Positions 18,418 to 29,510 of a stretch of DNA of 64,000 nucleotides are shown piece by piece. How positions within the stretch are numbered: position 1 is the first letter of the stretch; the number at the start of each line of letters is the position of its first letter. Origin of the DNA: Pirellulales bacterium. Lineage in GTDB: Bacteria > Planctomycetota > Planctomycetia > Pirellulales > JAICIG01. The DNA lies in assembly GCA_040901675.1 (NCBI GenBank), contig JBBDYJ010000038.1, forward strand, positions 160,001 to 224,000. Reading direction: 5' to 3'. The position numbers were made by a program, and so were the translations under genes. Below the pieces are notes generated by a model that saw only the letters and a program-made list of their open reading frames with translations, was not told the DNA's origin and did not search any database.

Positions 18418-21033
18418 CTACGGCCGCCAGTGCTGATCGACCAGCGCGGCGAGCGATTCCACGCGGCCGGCGTGGTCGGCGGCGAGATCGGTCTCTTCGA
18501 ACGGATCGTCGCGCAGGTTGTAAAGCTCGGCCGGCCCGGCGGCCGGTAGGATCAGCTTCCAATCGCCCTGGCGCACCCAGCGGTGCGTGAGGCTCAAGGC
18601 CGGCCGCTCGATGTCGACGCTGGTGTGCTCGTAGATCTCGCCGAAGACCGCGTCGCGATCGAGCCGCCCCTGGCCGGCCGCCACACCCAGCAGGTCGAGC
18701 CCCGGCATGCCCGCAGGCTCGGCCGCTACGTTGCACGCGGCCAGAATGGTCGGCGCCAGGTCGATCGTGCTCACCAGGTCGTCATACCTGCCCGCCTTGG
18801 TATGGCCGGGCCAGCGGAGCATGACCGGAGTCCGCAGGCCGCCGTCGTAGGGCGAGAGCTTGCTCTTGGGGGCGAACCAGCCCCGCGTGGTCCGCTGCTG
18901 GCCCGTCTCCTGGATCCAACCGTTGTCGACCACGAAGACCACCAGCGTGTTGTCGGACAGTCCTTGCCGGTCGAGGTAGTCGAGCAACTGCCCGCACGTC
19001 TCGTCGAACCATTCGCACATGGCGTAATACTTGGCCAGCTTTTCGGGCCGGTCCGGCGCGGCGTACTTGCTCAGCAGCCGCTGAGGCGGATTGTGCGGCT
19101 CGTGCGGCATCATCGGCGCGTACCAGATGAAAAAGGGGCTGCCCTGCCGCTCGACGAAGTCGTAGACCGGCTGCATCGTTTGGCGGCCGATGACCAGCCC
19201 ATCGTCGCCGTGCCTTCCCTTGGTGGTCATGCCGTGCGTGAAACCCGCATTGGAGTAGTGCCCTTCCCAGAACTTGCCCGTTTGCAGACTGGAATAGCGG
19301 GCCCCCCTCAGCAACCGCGGCACGGCCGGTGCATTCTCGATGAACGGGTGCATGGCCGCGCGGTCAACCCCGTCGGGCGGATCGTTGCAGCAGATCTTGT
19401 GCTGGTGCGCGTAGAGGCCCGTGAGCAGCGTGGCCAGGCTGGCCCGGCAGAGCGAGGTCGGCACGTAGCCGTTGGCAAACACGGCGCTCTCGGCCGCCAG
19501 CCGGTCGAGATGCGGAGTCTTGATCACGTCGTGCCCCATGAACCCAAAATCGGTCCATCCCTGGTCGTCCGACACGATCAACAGCACGTTGGGCCGCGGA
19601 GCCGATTTCGAGATCTTCCACAACGGCGAAGGCGCGTGGGCCTCGCGCATGGCGGCCCGCGTCCGGCGGACCACCTCCGGATGCTCCTGGGCCACGTCGT
19701 GGCTTTCGCCCGCGTCGTTATGCAGGTCGTACAGCTCGATCGGGCCGCCCATCGGCTTGGCGACGGCCTTCCAATGCCCCATTCGCACGGCCTGCGACGA
19801 ACCTTGCTCGTAGAACTCCCAATACAGGTAGTCGTGCCGCGGCTGCCGCTCGGCCTGGCCCAGCAGGGCCGGCAGGAAGCTGACGCCGTCGAGCTGCGGG
19901 GGAACTTCGACGCCGGCCACCTGGGCGGCGGTGGGCAGAAAATCGGCGAAATGGCCGACGTGGTCCGACTCGTTGCCCGCTGGCACGCGGCCTGGCCAGC
20001 GGGCGATCAGCGGCACGCGGATGCCGCCTTCGTACAGATCGCGCTTGAAGCCGCGCAAGGGGCCGCTGGAGTTGAAGAAGTCGGGCCGGTTGCCCCCTTC
20101 GCGGTGCGGGCCGTTGTCGGACGAAAAGAGCACCAGCGTCCGCTCGTCGAGTCCGTGCTCCTTGAGCCGCGCCAGCAGCGAACCGATGTCCCGGTCGAGC
20201 CGGGTGATCATGGCGGCCAGCCCCTTTTGCGGCTGGGGCCAATCGCGGTCTTCGTACGGGCCATGGTCGGGCACTTCCATGCCCGCATCCCCGGCCTCGT
20301 TGTTGGCGTGGGGCAGCGTGTAGGCGAGGTAGAGGAAGAACGGCTGGTCCTTGTTGCGGTCCACGAAGTCGAGCGCCTCGCGCGTCGTCAAGTCGGGGCT
20401 GTACTCGACCTTCTTAGCGGCCACGCCCTGCCCGGCGGGCCCTTCGTCCGGCACGACGTTGGCCAGCGGCAGGCGTGTTTCGTTCCGCAGCAGGAAGCTG
20501 GGGTAATAATTGTGGGCGTGCACCTGGTCGAGGTAACCGAAGAAATAATCGAAGCCCTGGCGGTTCGGCACGCCCGTGCCGCCTTCTTGCCCCAGGCCCC
20601 ATTTACCCACCAGGCCGGTCGCGTATCCCGCCTGTTTGAGCACCTCGGCCACGGTCACATCTTCGGGCCGCAAATCGTGCCTGGCATTGCCGCGGATGTA
20701 CGCGTGGCCGGTGTGTAAGCCGGTCATGAGCACGGCCCGCGACGGTGCGCACACGGTTGAGCCGGCATAGAAATGGGTGAACCGCATTCCCTCGGCGGCC
20801 ATGCGGTCGAGGTGGGGCGTTTGGATCTGCCGCTGACCGTAGCAGCCCAAGTCGCCATAGCCCAAATCGTCGGCCAGGATGAAGATGATGTTGGGTCGAT
20901 CCGGCTGGGGCTGGTTCTGCTGCGCTTGAGCTTGGGCTGAGCGCGATCCAGGAGCCAGTCCAACGACCATCGCCACCAGCAGGAGGGCCGGTTGTAGATT
21001 GCCGCGCGGCCGGCCGGATGGTCTCATGGACAT
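18418..21033 (-). CDS. Secreted tandem two-domain sulfatase
   Basis: Domain 1: [12 protein letters not shown]...CAPSR. Domain 2: [12 protein letters not shown]...CRASL. Confidence 0.9.
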   Translation of the reverse strand: MSMRPSGRPRGNLQPALLLVAMVVGLAPGSRSAQAQAQQNQPQPDRPNIIFILADDLGYGDLGCYGQRQIQTPHLDRMAAEGMRFTHFYAGSTVCAPSRAVLMTGLHTGHAYIRGNARHDLRPEDVTVAEVLKQAGYATGLVGKWGLGQEGGTGVPNRQGFDYFFGYLDQVHAHNYYPSFLLRNETRLPLANVVPDEGPAGQGVAAKKVEYSPDLTTREALDFVDRNKDQPFFLYLAYTLPHANNEAGDAGMEVPDHGPYEDRDWPQPQKGLAAMITRLDRDIGSLLARLKEHGLDERTLVLFSSDNGPHREGGNRPDFFNSSGPLRGFKRDLYEGGIRVPLIARWPGRVPAGNESDHVGHFADFLPTAAQVAGVEVPPQLDGVSFLPALLGQAERQPRHDYLYWEFYEQGSSQAVRMGHWKAVAKPMGGPIELYDLHNDAGESHDVAQEHPEVVRRTRAAMREAHAPSPLWKISKSAPRPNVLLIVSDDQGWTDFGFMGHDVIKTPHLDRLAAESAVFANGYVPTSLCRASLATLLTGLYAHQHKICCNDPPDGVDRAAMHPFIENAPAVPRLLRGARYSSLQTGKFWEGHYSNAGFTHGMTTKGRHGDDGLVIGRQTMQPVYDFVERQGSPFFIWYAPMMPHEPHNPPQRLLSKYAAPDRPEKLAKYYAMCEWFDETCGQLLDYLDRQGLSDNTLVVFVVDNGWIQETGQQRTTRGWFAPKSKLSPYDGGLRTPVMLRWPGHTKAGRYDDLVSTIDLAPTILAACNVAAEPAGMPGLDLLGVAAGQGRLDRDAVFGEIYEHTSVDIERPALSLTHRWVRQGDWKLILPAAGPAELYNLRDDPFEETDLAADHAGRVESLAALVDQHWRP

Positions 21034-21086
21034 CGCACCCTCCTGGGAAACCGTTGGTGCAGCGCGGTAGACTTGATCGCCAGTCA

Positions 21087-22148
21087 CTAAAACTGGTCGA
21101 CGTCCAGTTCGCCCAGCCGGGCTTTGGTGGTCAGGCTGCGGTTGCCGCGGAGCACCTGCAAGTGGACTTCGTCGCCGGGCCGCTTCTTGGAAATCATCGC
21201 CAGCAAACCGTCGAAGTCCGGGACCGGCAGGTCGTCGACGCGGGTGATCACGTCCTGCGTTTCCAACTCGGCGATCGCCGCGGCGGAGCCGGGCTGAACG
21301 AATTCGATCTTGCAGCCCTTTTCATGCGCCACTCCCGCCACGCCCAGAAAGGCGCCCCGGCGGCGATCGATCCTGGTTTGCGGCAAGGCCTGCGCCAAGA
21401 TCGCCTCGCCCGCGTCGCTCGTGTCCGTGCAGTAGAGCTTCAACGTATTCAGGCCTCTCAACTCCTTGAGGTGCACGATGCCGGCGTCGCTGAACGCGTT
21501 GCCATACAAGAGCAGCCGCTGAGTGCCGGTTAACGGCTTGAGATGCGCCAAATCCTCGTCGCCGCCCCTCCAGGTCTTCCCCAAAATCACCTCGGCGATC
21601 ACCACCTCGTCGCCGTCTTGATCCACCTCGTACACGGTGCCGCCTAACTGCTCAATGGCCGCAATCGCCAGCCGCTGGACCTCGAGCTTCCGGCCGCTCA
21701 AGGCGGCGGCAGCGCGGCCGGCCGTCCACCGATCCCTCGAACCTGCCAGGTCGCTTAGCGCCGTCTGCGCCGCCTGGGCGATCGCCGGCTCCGTCGAGCG
21801 GCAAAGGTCCTTCAACACGCCGATGGCCTGCCGCGTTACTTCAGGCTGCCCACCATCGGCCGCCTGGGCCAGTGGAGCGACAGCATCCAGGCCCGCCTTG
21901 CGAAGCCTGCGCGCGGCGGCCCGCCGGACCGCGAACCGGTTGGCGTCCAAGTCCGAAATCCATTGCTCGACCCGTTGCTCGTCTGCCGTTCGAGGCGAGT
22001 CGCCGCCAGGCCGGGCGTTGCCGGCCGGAGCCGGCGCCGGCGCCGCTGGACCGGCCGGCGAATTAGCAGCCCCGTAGGCCAGGCCCGCTTCGACGACCAT
22101 CGCCAGTAGAATCAGTTCCGCTCGCATCAAGGCCTGCCTGCTCTCCAT
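21087..22148 (-). CDS. PDZ domain protein with HEAT-like and short LRR segments
   Basis: C-terminal AFLGV...[22 protein letters not shown]...[12 protein letters not shown]. Confidence 0.8.
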   Translation of the reverse strand: MESRQALMRAELILLAMVVEAGLAYGAANSPAGPAAPAPAPAGNARPGGDSPRTADEQRVEQWISDLDANRFAVRRAAARRLRKAGLDAVAPLAQAADGGQPEVTRQAIGVLKDLCRSTEPAIAQAAQTALSDLAGSRDRWTAGRAAAALSGRKLEVQRLAIAAIEQLGGTVYEVDQDGDEVVIAEVILGKTWRGGDEDLAHLKPLTGTQRLLLYGNAFSDAGIVHLKELRGLNTLKLYCTDTSDAGEAILAQALPQTRIDRRRGAFLGVAGVAHEKGCKIEFVQPGSAAAIAELETQDVITRVDDLPVPDFDGLLAMISKKRPGDEVHLQVLRGNRSLTTKARLGELDVDQF

Positions 22149-22202
22149 CCGGCTGTCCTGGCTGAAAAGGGCGATCTTACTGGGCTTTTCCCGGCACGAG
22201 AT

Positions 22203-22284
22203 GACAGGCTGGAAGCCTATCCCACGGCACGAGACAGGCTGGAAGCCTATCCTACTGGGACGACAGGCTGGAAGCCTATCCTAC
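22203..22284 (-). repeat. Three tandem GTAG-type REPs (GTAGGATAGGCTTCCAGCCTGTC)
   Basis: 23-bp copies at 22203, 22233 and 22262, each with an AGGCT/AGCCT hairpin. Confidence 0.85.
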
Positions 22285-22353
22285 GCCCACACCAATAGTC
22301 TACTTCCATGGGCGCCGGCGAGAAAGCAGCAACAAGCACAAAACGTCGGCCGA

Positions 22354-22839
22354 CTACCAGCGGCCGGCACGGGCCTCGGCCTCGATCGCCTCGATTTTGG
22401 CCAGCCGCCGCTGGTGCCGCTCCGCCCCGGAAAACGTGGCGGCCAGAAAAGCCCTCACGATCTCGGCCGCCAGCTCCGGTCCAATCACTCGAGCCCCCAC
22501 GCACAGCACGTTCAACGAGTCGTCCTCGACCCCTTGCCGGGCGCTGAACGTATCATGGCACAGGGCCGCCCGAATCCCTGGAATCTTGCTGGCTGCCACC
22601 GAAGCTCCGACACCACTGCCGCAGACGAGCAACCCCCGCTGGGCCCGGCCCTCCAGAATCGCCTCGGCGACCAGCCGCGCGAAATCGGGATAGTCCGAGG
22701 GCCTATCGTCGTATGCGCCGCAATCGAGCAGGCTGTGCCCGGCCCGTTCGATCTCGCGGGCCAGCCGCGCCTTGAGCGGAAAACCGGCGTGATCGCACCC
22801 CAGGGCAATGATCAATCGTTCTTGGACAATCGGGTTCAA
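22354..22839 (-). CDS. rpiB: Ribose-5-phosphate isomerase B
   Basis: IALGCDHAGF, DYPD, LVCGSGVG, GIRAA and RHQRRLAKI motifs. Start (TTG) uncertain. Confidence 0.92.
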   Translation of the reverse strand: MNPIVQERLIIALGCDHAGFPLKARLAREIERAGHSLLDCGAYDDRPSDYPDFARLVAEAILEGRAQRGLLVCGSGVGASVAASKIPGIRAALCHDTFSARQGVEDDSLNVLCVGARVIGPELAAEIVRAFLAATFSGAERHQRRLAKIEAIEAEARAGRW

Positions 22840-23279
22840 GCAGCGGCCCTGCGGACTTCTTCGCGGATGCGGTACAGGATGGCGGACAGGCCCCGCATGC
22901 GGACCATGCCCAGCGTCTCGGCCAGACCCAGGCGGCTGAGCAGGTCGGGCTGGGCGCAGAGCACTTCGGCCGGGGCGGCGCCGGTGAAGGCATCGACCAG
23001 GATGGCGACAAAACCCTTGACGGTGGGCGCCTCGGGCGCAACGTCGCCATCGACGCGGACCTTGCCCTCCTCGACGCTCACCCACAGGTAAACGGGCGTC
23101 TGGCACTCGTGGATGCGGTGCAGGCCGGCATCGCGCTGGGCCTTCAGCTCCGGCGACAGCTCCGGAAGCGACTCGGCAAAGTCGAGCAGCAGCTCCAGCC
23201 GCTCGCGCGGCTCCAGGTCGGCGAACTCCTCGACGATCTCGTCCAGCCGCGCCGGAGGTTGGGCCGCCAGGTCGATCAC
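22836..23279 (-). CDS. sufE: SufE family sulfur acceptor
   Basis: [19 protein letters not shown] and RMRGL motifs. Confidence 0.88.
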   Translation of the reverse strand: MIDLAAQPPARLDEIVEEFADLEPRERLELLLDFAESLPELSPELKAQRDAGLHRIHECQTPVYLWVSVEEGKVRVDGDVAPEAPTVKGFVAILVDAFTGAAPAEVLCAQPDLLSRLGLAETLGMVRMRGLSAILYRIREEVRRAAA

Positions 23280-24193
23280 GATTGGTGCACCTCCTCGCGC
23301 TCGGCTCGGCGCTCCTGGGGCCGCTGGGCCGCTTGCCGGCCGCCGGGGCCTTTTTCAATGGGCGCGGCGACCAGGTTGCCCCACTCCGTCCACGAACCGT
23401 CGTAGTTCTTGACGTGTTTGAAGCCCAGCAGGTACGTCAGCACGAACCAGGTCAGGCTCGACCGCTCGCCGATCCGGCAGTAGGCGATCACCCGGTTGCG
23501 GCGGCCCAGGCCGGCGTCTTTCAAAAAAATCTTCTCCAGCTCCTTGCGCGACTTGAAGGTGCCGTCGTCATGGACGGCCCACGACCAGGGGACGTTGGCG
23601 GCTCCGGGGATGTGCCCGGCCCGCAGCGCGCCCTCCTGCGGATAATCGGGCATGTGCAGCAGCTCGCCGGTGTACTCGCCCGGACTGCGGACGTCGATCA
23701 GCGGCCGGGCGGCCTTCAAGTGCTTGAACACTTCGTCGCGAAACGCGCGGACCGCCGGGTCGGGCTCGCCGGCCTGGTATTGACCAGGCGGATACTTCGG
23801 CTCCGGCTCGCGCGACAGCTCGCGGCCGTCCATTTCCCAGCGCTTGCGGCCGCCGTTCATGATCCGGCAGTCCGCATGGCGGAACAGCTTGAACGTCCAG
23901 AAGGCATAGCAGGCCCACCAGTTGTTCTTATCGCCGTAGAAGACCACCGTGGTATCGTTCGAAATACCCTTCGACGCGCATAACTGCGCGAACCGCTCGC
24001 GGTCGATGTAGTCGCGGCGGACGGCGTCCTGCAGGTCGGTCGTCCAATCGACGTGCACGGCGCCGGGTATGTGCCCCTGCATGTAGAGCAGGATGTCCTC
24101 GTTCGATTCCACCACGCGGACGCCGGGGTCGCGGCGGTGCTCGTCGACCCATTGAGTGCTGACCAGCACTTCAGGATGAACGTAATCGGCCAT
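23276..24193 (-). CDS. Two-domain rhodanese sulfurtransferase
   Basis: [15 protein letters not shown] and [11 protein letters not shown] motifs. Confidence 0.93.
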   Translation of the reverse strand: MADYVHPEVLVSTQWVDEHRRDPGVRVVESNEDILLYMQGHIPGAVHVDWTTDLQDAVRRDYIDRERFAQLCASKGISNDTTVVFYGDKNNWWACYAFWTFKLFRHADCRIMNGGRKRWEMDGRELSREPEPKYPPGQYQAGEPDPAVRAFRDEVFKHLKAARPLIDVRSPGEYTGELLHMPDYPQEGALRAGHIPGAANVPWSWAVHDDGTFKSRKELEKIFLKDAGLGRRNRVIAYCRIGERSSLTWFVLTYLLGFKHVKNYDGSWTEWGNLVAAPIEKGPGGRQAAQRPQERRAEREEVHQS

Positions 24194-24269
24194 TGGTTGG
24201 TACTCCTCGTTGTGTCCAGCGGCTCAACGGGGATTATACCAAATCAGGCTGCCGGGATTCGAGCTACCT

Positions 24270-24326
24270 GCAGGACGGCCTTCCCAGGCCGTTTCGATCC
24301 AGACGGGGCAAGGAAGCCCGCCCTAC
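24270..24326. repeat. Degenerate inverted REP pair (REPIN-like)
   Basis: GCAGGACGGCCTTCCCAGGCCGT ... GGGGCAAGGAAGCCCGCCCTAC, same family as 32793-33111. Confidence 0.6.
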
Positions 24327-25906
24327 AACCCTAGCCAAGCCAGCGCCGAGTACAGAATCCAGACCACGATCATCACGACGGCCAACAAGGCGCCCACGCC
24401 CATCACAAACCAGGGAGAATCCCAGAGGCTTTTGGACTTCGTCTTGTGGCCGCCGGAGGCCCGCATCCGTCCCGACCCCGAGGGGCCGACCAGCGGGCTG
24501 GGACCGGACGACGTCGGGGGTGCCGGAGGCAGGTCCGAGAGCAGGTCATCCAAATGACTGGCGGCCGTCGACAGGGGCGTTTCGGCCGGCTTGGGCGGCC
24601 CGGAGGGCGCGGTCGAATCGCTCGCCAGCTTGGCAGGCGGCTGCCCCGCGGCGGGTGTGCTGCCAGGCCTGGCGAGGGGTTTGGCTTGCCCGGGGGCGTC
24701 CGAAGGGCTCTTGCGACGTGCCGGTGCAGCCGGCGCGGTAGTCGTGGTCATGGGAGTCGCCGTGGCGGGGGCCGCCGGCTGGGCCGTTCGTTTGACTTCC
24801 TCTTCGAGCGGAGCCAGCGTCAGTTCTTCTTCCTTCCTGGCCCGGCCCGTACGCTGCCGGCTCAGCCGGTCGCGGTACATTTGGATCCAGTGCTCCAGGG
24901 TCCGGCTGACCTCGGCGGCCGATTGGTAGCGGGCGTCGGGAGATTTCGCCGTCATGCGCCGGAAGATCGCCACCAGCTCGGCCGGCGCATCGGGCCGCTT
25001 CTGGTAAATGCTCGGCGGCTCCTGCGTCTGGTGCATGAAGACCCGCTGGGCCAGCGAGCCGGTCGGGAAGGGGGGCAACCCGGTCAGGGCGAAGTAGAGC
25101 GTGCAGCCCAGGCCGTAGATGTCGGCCCTGGCGTCGACCATGTGGCTGTTGACCGCTTGCTCCGGCGCGAGGTAGTCGACCGTGCCCAGCATCTTTTCGT
25201 CGTGCTCATTGGTCAACGAAGCCTCGACTTCGTCCGCGAAACGGGCCAGCCCCAGGTCGAGCACTTTGACCGTGCCCTTGGAGTCGATCAGCAGGTTGGC
25301 CGGCTTCATGTCGCGGTGGATCAGCCCCGCCTCGTGGGCATGAGCCAGCCCTTCGGCCGCCTGGCGGATAGTTTCGGCGGCCGTGGCAAAATCGAGCGGG
25401 CCGTCGCTTTCGACCATCTGCTTCAGGTCGCGCCCGTCGACGTACTCCATCACCAGGTAATGCACGTCCTCCTCGTTATCGACGTCGAAGGCCCGCACGA
25501 TATTGGGATGATCGAGCGCCGCCACGGCCCGGGCCTCGCGATGGAAGCGCGCCAAGTACGAGGTGTCGTGAACGCGGTGCTGAGGTAGGACTTTGACCGC
25601 TACCCGCCGTCGCATGAGCACGTGCTCCGCCAGGAACACGCTACTCATGCCCCCCGTGCCCAGGTGGTCCAGCAGCTTGTACTTGCCGACAAAGAATCCC
25701 TTGTGCCGGCCTTGCAGCAGCCGCTCGCTTTGCCACGGCGTCAGCAGACCGGCCTCGGTGAGCCGCGAAGAGACGACCCGGCTGTCGACGGCCTCGGGGC
25801 CGCTGTCGCGCTCGAGGTCCGAGATTACGCTCTCGAGCCTGCTGCGGTCGACCAGCCCGCTGCGCTCGACTACGTCGAGGAATGTACTGACAGTAAGTTG
25901 GGTCAT
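24323..25906 (-). CDS. Hanks-type Ser/Thr protein kinase with a C-terminal TM helix
   Basis: LGTGGMSSV, VAVK, HRDMKPAN, DLGLAR and GTVDYLAPE motifs. Confidence 0.93.
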   Translation of the reverse strand: MTQLTVSTFLDVVERSGLVDRSRLESVISDLERDSGPEAVDSRVVSSRLTEAGLLTPWQSERLLQGRHKGFFVGKYKLLDHLGTGGMSSVFLAEHVLMRRRVAVKVLPQHRVHDTSYLARFHREARAVAALDHPNIVRAFDVDNEEDVHYLVMEYVDGRDLKQMVESDGPLDFATAAETIRQAAEGLAHAHEAGLIHRDMKPANLLIDSKGTVKVLDLGLARFADEVEASLTNEHDEKMLGTVDYLAPEQAVNSHMVDARADIYGLGCTLYFALTGLPPFPTGSLAQRVFMHQTQEPPSIYQKRPDAPAELVAIFRRMTAKSPDARYQSAAEVSRTLEHWIQMYRDRLSRQRTGRARKEEELTLAPLEEEVKRTAQPAAPATATPMTTTTAPAAPARRKSPSDAPGQAKPLARPGSTPAAGQPPAKLASDSTAPSGPPKPAETPLSTAASHLDDLLSDLPPAPPTSSGPSPLVGPSGSGRMRASGGHKTKSKSLWDSPWFVMGVGALLAVVMIVVWILYSALAWLGL

Positions 25907-26178
25907 GCCGAACCGACGACCTGGTGGCCCCAAGACGTCCGCGGTGGCCTGCAAGAAACGCCGGCGAAACGCTCCAGCGGTCGGCTTGGATCGCCCGCTA
26001 TTGTAGCACCGAACCAACGTGCGCGAAGGAGCAAGTCTGCACTCGCGATCGGCCCTCGACAGCCCGTGTCGAGACTGTCTTGAACTGGGCCGGCCAGGCC
26101 GAGTTTACGGCCTTACGCCTCGCCTGGCGTCTACCAATCTGTTGTGCCAGCCGTTGGACCGCGCCAGGCGAGGACATT

Positions 26179-26376
26179 CTAACAGGCGAAGGACTCGGCT
26201 CGGTTTTCGAGACCGCCGAGGATTTCACGAGCCAACTGCATCGAGTCGGGCAGCAGGCTGGTTCGCCGGTAACGTTCAGTTTCGCTCCAGGTAGCACGGA
26301 CGGCTGCCGCCCGCCTGGCGACCTCGTCGGGAGAAGGCCAGTTGGACGGCGTCATCCGCCTTCGCATTGATTTCAT
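26179..26376 (-). CDS. Small hypothetical protein (65 aa)
   Basis: SD AAAGGAG and a consensus sigma54 promoter upstream; PSPDEVARRAAAVRATWSETERYRR. Confidence 0.65.
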   Translation of the reverse strand: MKSMRRRMTPSNWPSPDEVARRAAAVRATWSETERYRRTSLLPDSMQLAREILGGLENRAESFAC

Positions 26377-26443
26377 GGCAGTCGCACTCCTTTTCAATTG
26401 CCCTGTCGAGTTTTTCGGTTTCATCGAATGGAACAACCGAGTG

Positions 26444-26459
26444 AGCAACTGGCGTGCCA
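26444..26459 (-). promoter_or_regulatory. Sigma54 (-24/-12) promoter
   Basis: TGGCACG-CCAG-TTGCT, matching the consensus. Confidence 0.75.
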
Positions 26460-26617
26460 TTCGGGGGCAAACTGCATCTGGATTTGCTAGTTCTTAGTTC
26501 CTGGCTCCTGGTTCCGGCACAGCAACCAGCAACTAGCAACGACCAACTACCCGCCAACCAGCGTGCACCTGGCCAAGGGCGAATCAAACTGAGTGCGGGG
26601 CGTACGATAATTGAACA

Positions 26618-27640
26618 TCACATCGCTGCAGCTTTTGGATGGTGCATGCGCCCGCCCAGCCCGCGAGCCAGCCGCTGCATCCCTTCGCCGGTCGACACCC
26701 GTGGCTCGTAGCCGAAATCGTTGCGGGCTCGGCCGATGCCGAAATAGTGCGACTTGCCGAGCTGGGCCGCCAGGAAGCGAGTCATCGGCGGTTCTGACTT
26801 GATCCGCGCCGCGGCATAGGCCGCCTCCATTGCCGCGCCGACCGCCCAGGCCGCCGCCAGCGGTATCGAACGCTCCACCGGTGGCAGTCCCGCGAGCGCC
26901 AGCAGCTCGTCGATCCATTGCCAGCAGTTCACCGGCTCGCCTTGGCTGAGGAAGTAGGCTCGCCCACCCACGGGTGAGCCCGCCGTCAGCGCATCGGCCG
27001 CCTGCAGGTGTGCCGCGGCCGCATTCTCCACGTAGGTCGTGTCGACCAGGTTGGAGCCGTCGCCCACCCGCCGCAGTCGCCCGGCCCGCGCCCGCGCGAG
27101 CAACCGCGGCACGAGGTGCCCGTCGCGCGGTCCCCAAATCAGATGGGGCCGCAGCGCGCACGTCAGCAACTCCGTGTCGTCGTTTGCGGCCAGCACCTCC
27201 TGCTCGGCCAGTGCCTTGGTGTGCGGATAATGACACAGCCAGCGGCGCGCGTAGGGAGCACTTTCGTCGACGCCGCACTGATCGCCGCCGTCGAACGTGA
27301 CACTGGGACTGCTGGTATAGACCAGCCTGCCGACCGAGTGCCGGCGGCAGGCCTCGATCACGTTGCGCGTGCCGACCGTATTGATGCCGTAATAATGCCG
27401 CCAGGGTCCCCAGATGCCGGCCACTCCGGCCACGTGAAACACCACGTCGACTCCCTGGCACGCCCGCTGGGTCGCATCGGCGTTGCGCAGGTCGGCCAGC
27501 ACGGTGGACACGCCCAGCGCATCAAGCTCGGCGTGGCGGCGGCGGCATAGCGCCCGAACGCGGTCGCCTCGCGCCAAGAGCTGCTCGACCACGTAGCGGC
27601 CCAGGAAGCCGTTCGCGCCGGTCACCAGGTACTGCGTCAT
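26618..27640 (-). CDS. oleD: NAD-dependent 3-beta-HSD-like reductase, OleD-like
   Basis: [25 protein letters not shown] and [11 protein letters not shown] motifs; ATGA overlap with oleC. Confidence 0.8.
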   Translation of the reverse strand: MTQYLVTGANGFLGRYVVEQLLARGDRVRALCRRRHAELDALGVSTVLADLRNADATQRACQGVDVVFHVAGVAGIWGPWRHYYGINTVGTRNVIEACRRHSVGRLVYTSSPSVTFDGGDQCGVDESAPYARRWLCHYPHTKALAEQEVLAANDDTELLTCALRPHLIWGPRDGHLVPRLLARARAGRLRRVGDGSNLVDTTYVENAAAAHLQAADALTAGSPVGGRAYFLSQGEPVNCWQWIDELLALAGLPPVERSIPLAAAWAVGAAMEAAYAAARIKSEPPMTRFLAAQLGKSHYFGIGRARNDFGYEPRVSTGEGMQRLARGLGGRMHHPKAAAM

Positions 27641-29409
27641 GAGAGCTGCCTGGCGGCCCACCTGGCCAGTTTCTCGCGGAATATCTTGGCATTGTGCCGC
27701 ACGTCGACGGGAAACGAGCGGTGCAGGAGGTAGTCGTCGATCGAGCTGGTGAGCGGATTGTCAGAGCCGATCGATCGCAGCTCGTCGAGTAATTGCCGCC
27801 TGGCCGCTCGGCGGGGAAACTTGCCGGGCCAGGGCTCGCAGATCATGACCGGCCGCTGCGAGCCCAGCGGGCCGATGCCGACCAGGGCCGAGCGGAAAAC
27901 GGCTGGGTGATTGTTGAAGATCGCCTCGCAGCACTCGGTGTACATCGGCCCTGCAGCCGAGAGCACACGCTGCGACAGCCGCCCGCAGTACCAGAAGCGT
28001 CCCTGCTCGTCCAGGTAGCCGACGTCGCCCATGCGGTGCCAGAATTCCGGGCCATCGCCGATCTTGGCCAGCGCATTGGCTTCGACGCGGGTCACATAGC
28101 GGTTGGTGACGACCGGCCCTCGCACGATCAACTCGCCGATCGAGCCCGCCGGCAACTCGCGAACGCCCAAAGTAGCAGGCATCCCGGACTTCGGCGAGCT
28201 CAGTCGAGCCGCGCGCCCGGATGTGCCGTCCGCCACAGTAGCAGGCACACTCCGTGTGCCGTCGGCCGCCAGCGGCCCCTCGACCGCCTCGATCACCTTC
28301 CACTCGATGCCGGGGAACCTCCGCCCCACGCAGACGCCTGCTCCCCGCGCCGTGAGGGCCGCCGTTTTATTCAACACCTCGCTGGCCGAAATGGATGCCA
28401 CCGGCAAGGCCTCCGTGGCGCCGTAGGGCGTGTGGACCTCTCCGCCGGGCGCGATACAGCCCTTGATTCCCGCCAGGACGCGGGCCGTCACGGGCGCGCC
28501 GGCCGACATGACCCGCCCTAGCGACGGCATGCGAACGTCATGCTTCGCGCAGTGTTGGCCCACGCGATCCCAGACGGCCGGCGAACCGAACGATTGCGTC
28601 ACTTTCCAATCGCGCACGGCCGACACGATGCGGGCCGGATCGACTCGCGCCGGCCGCGAGGCGTCCATGTCCGGAATGACCGTCGTGACCCCCATGGCGC
28701 AGTTGAACAACCCGAACAAGGGAAAGCAGGCCAGGTCGACCTCGCCCGGCGCTATCTGGTAATAATCGCGGATCTCATCCACTTGCCGATCGAAATTGCC
28801 GTGCGAGTAGAGCACCCCTTTGGGCGGCCCCGTGCTGCCCGAGGTAAAGATGATGGCCGCCGGGTCACCCGCCCGAGTGGCCGCCAGCTCGCCACCGCTC
28901 CATGGCCGCCGCACCAGCGACGTCAGCGTCGGCTCGCGTCCCAGCCAATGCCTGGCGACAACGACGTGGATCCGGGCCTCGCGGAAGCGGCTCCGCAGCA
29001 GCTTGCGCACCAGGTGGGCCATCGGAATCGCGACAAAGCCTTCGGGCCTCGCTTCGTCCAAGCAGTCGACGAGGCTTCTGCGGCCCATGCCCGGGTCGAT
29101 CAGGATCGCAACCGCGCCGGCCTTGAACAGCGCGAAGACCAGCGCCACGAACTCGATGCCGGGCTTGACCAGCAGGGCCATCCGCGTGCCTGGCACCACG
29201 CCCAGTTTCCGCAAACCTCGGGCGGCCCGATCGCTGTACTGGTCCAGCTCCTTGAACGTGATCGACTCATAGCCGCGGCCGCGCGGGGCCACCACCGCCA
29301 GGCTGTCCGGCCTGGTCTTCGCCATGGCCGCCAGGCGGGCCGCGACATTGACAATCTGCCCCACTTCGGCCGCGGGTGCCATTGGCTTTTCAGTTGCAAG
29401 TCGATTCAT
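27637..29409 (-). CDS. oleC: AMP-forming ligase / beta-lactone synthetase, OleC-like, with an in-frame repeat insertion
   Basis: [36 protein letters not shown] and VDVRHNAKI motifs. Confidence 0.85.
   Translation of the reverse strand: MNRLATEKPMAPAAEVGQIVNVAARLAAMAKTRPDSLAVVAPRGRGYESITFKELDQYSDRAARGLRKLGVVPGTRMALLVKPGIEFVALVFALFKAGAVAILIDPGMGRRSLVDCLDEARPEGFVAIPMAHLVRKLLRSRFREARIHVVVARHWLGREPTLTSLVRRPWSGGELAATRAGDPAAIIFTSGSTGPPKGVLYSHGNFDRQVDEIRDYYQIAPGEVDLACFPLFGLFNCAMGVTTVIPDMDASRPARVDPARIVSAVRDWKVTQSFGSPAVWDRVGQHCAKHDVRMPSLGRVMSAGAPVTARVLAGIKGCIAPGGEVHTPYGATEALPVASISASEVLNKTAALTARGAGVCVGRRFPGIEWKVIEAVEGPLAADGTRSVPATVADGTSGRAARLSSPKSGMPATLGVRELPAGSIGELIVRGPVVTNRYVTRVEANALAKIGDGPEFWHRMGDVGYLDEQGRFWYCGRLSQRVLSAAGPMYTECCEAIFNNHPAVFRSALVGIGPLGSQRPVMICEPWPGKFPRRAARRQLLDELRSIGSDNPLTSSIDDYLLHRSFPVDVRHNAKIFREKLARWAARQLS
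28172..28270. repeat. Intragenic tandem REPs (GTAGCAGGCACACTCCGTGTGCCGTC) with a nested micro-element
   Basis: The same REP occurs intergenically at 29455-29477 and 35004-35029. Confidence 0.85.
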
Positions 29410-29454
29410 GCGAAATCCCGCTGCGCCCAGCGGCACCGTGCCCTGTGCCGCATA

Positions 29455-29477
29455 GTAGCAGGCACACTCCGTGTGCC
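29455..29477 (+). repeat. GTAG REP (GTAGCAGGCACACTCCGTGTGCC)
   Basis: GGCACAC/GTGTGCC hairpin with a GTAG foot. Confidence 0.8.
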
Positions 29478-29510
29478 TCTGCCTTCTGCCTTCTGACTTC
29501 TGCCTTCCCC

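Noticed and set aside
22203..22284. Possible mini-CRISPR array
   Set aside because: Spacers are only 6-7 nt, no cas genes are present, and the unit is a GTAG-foot REP.
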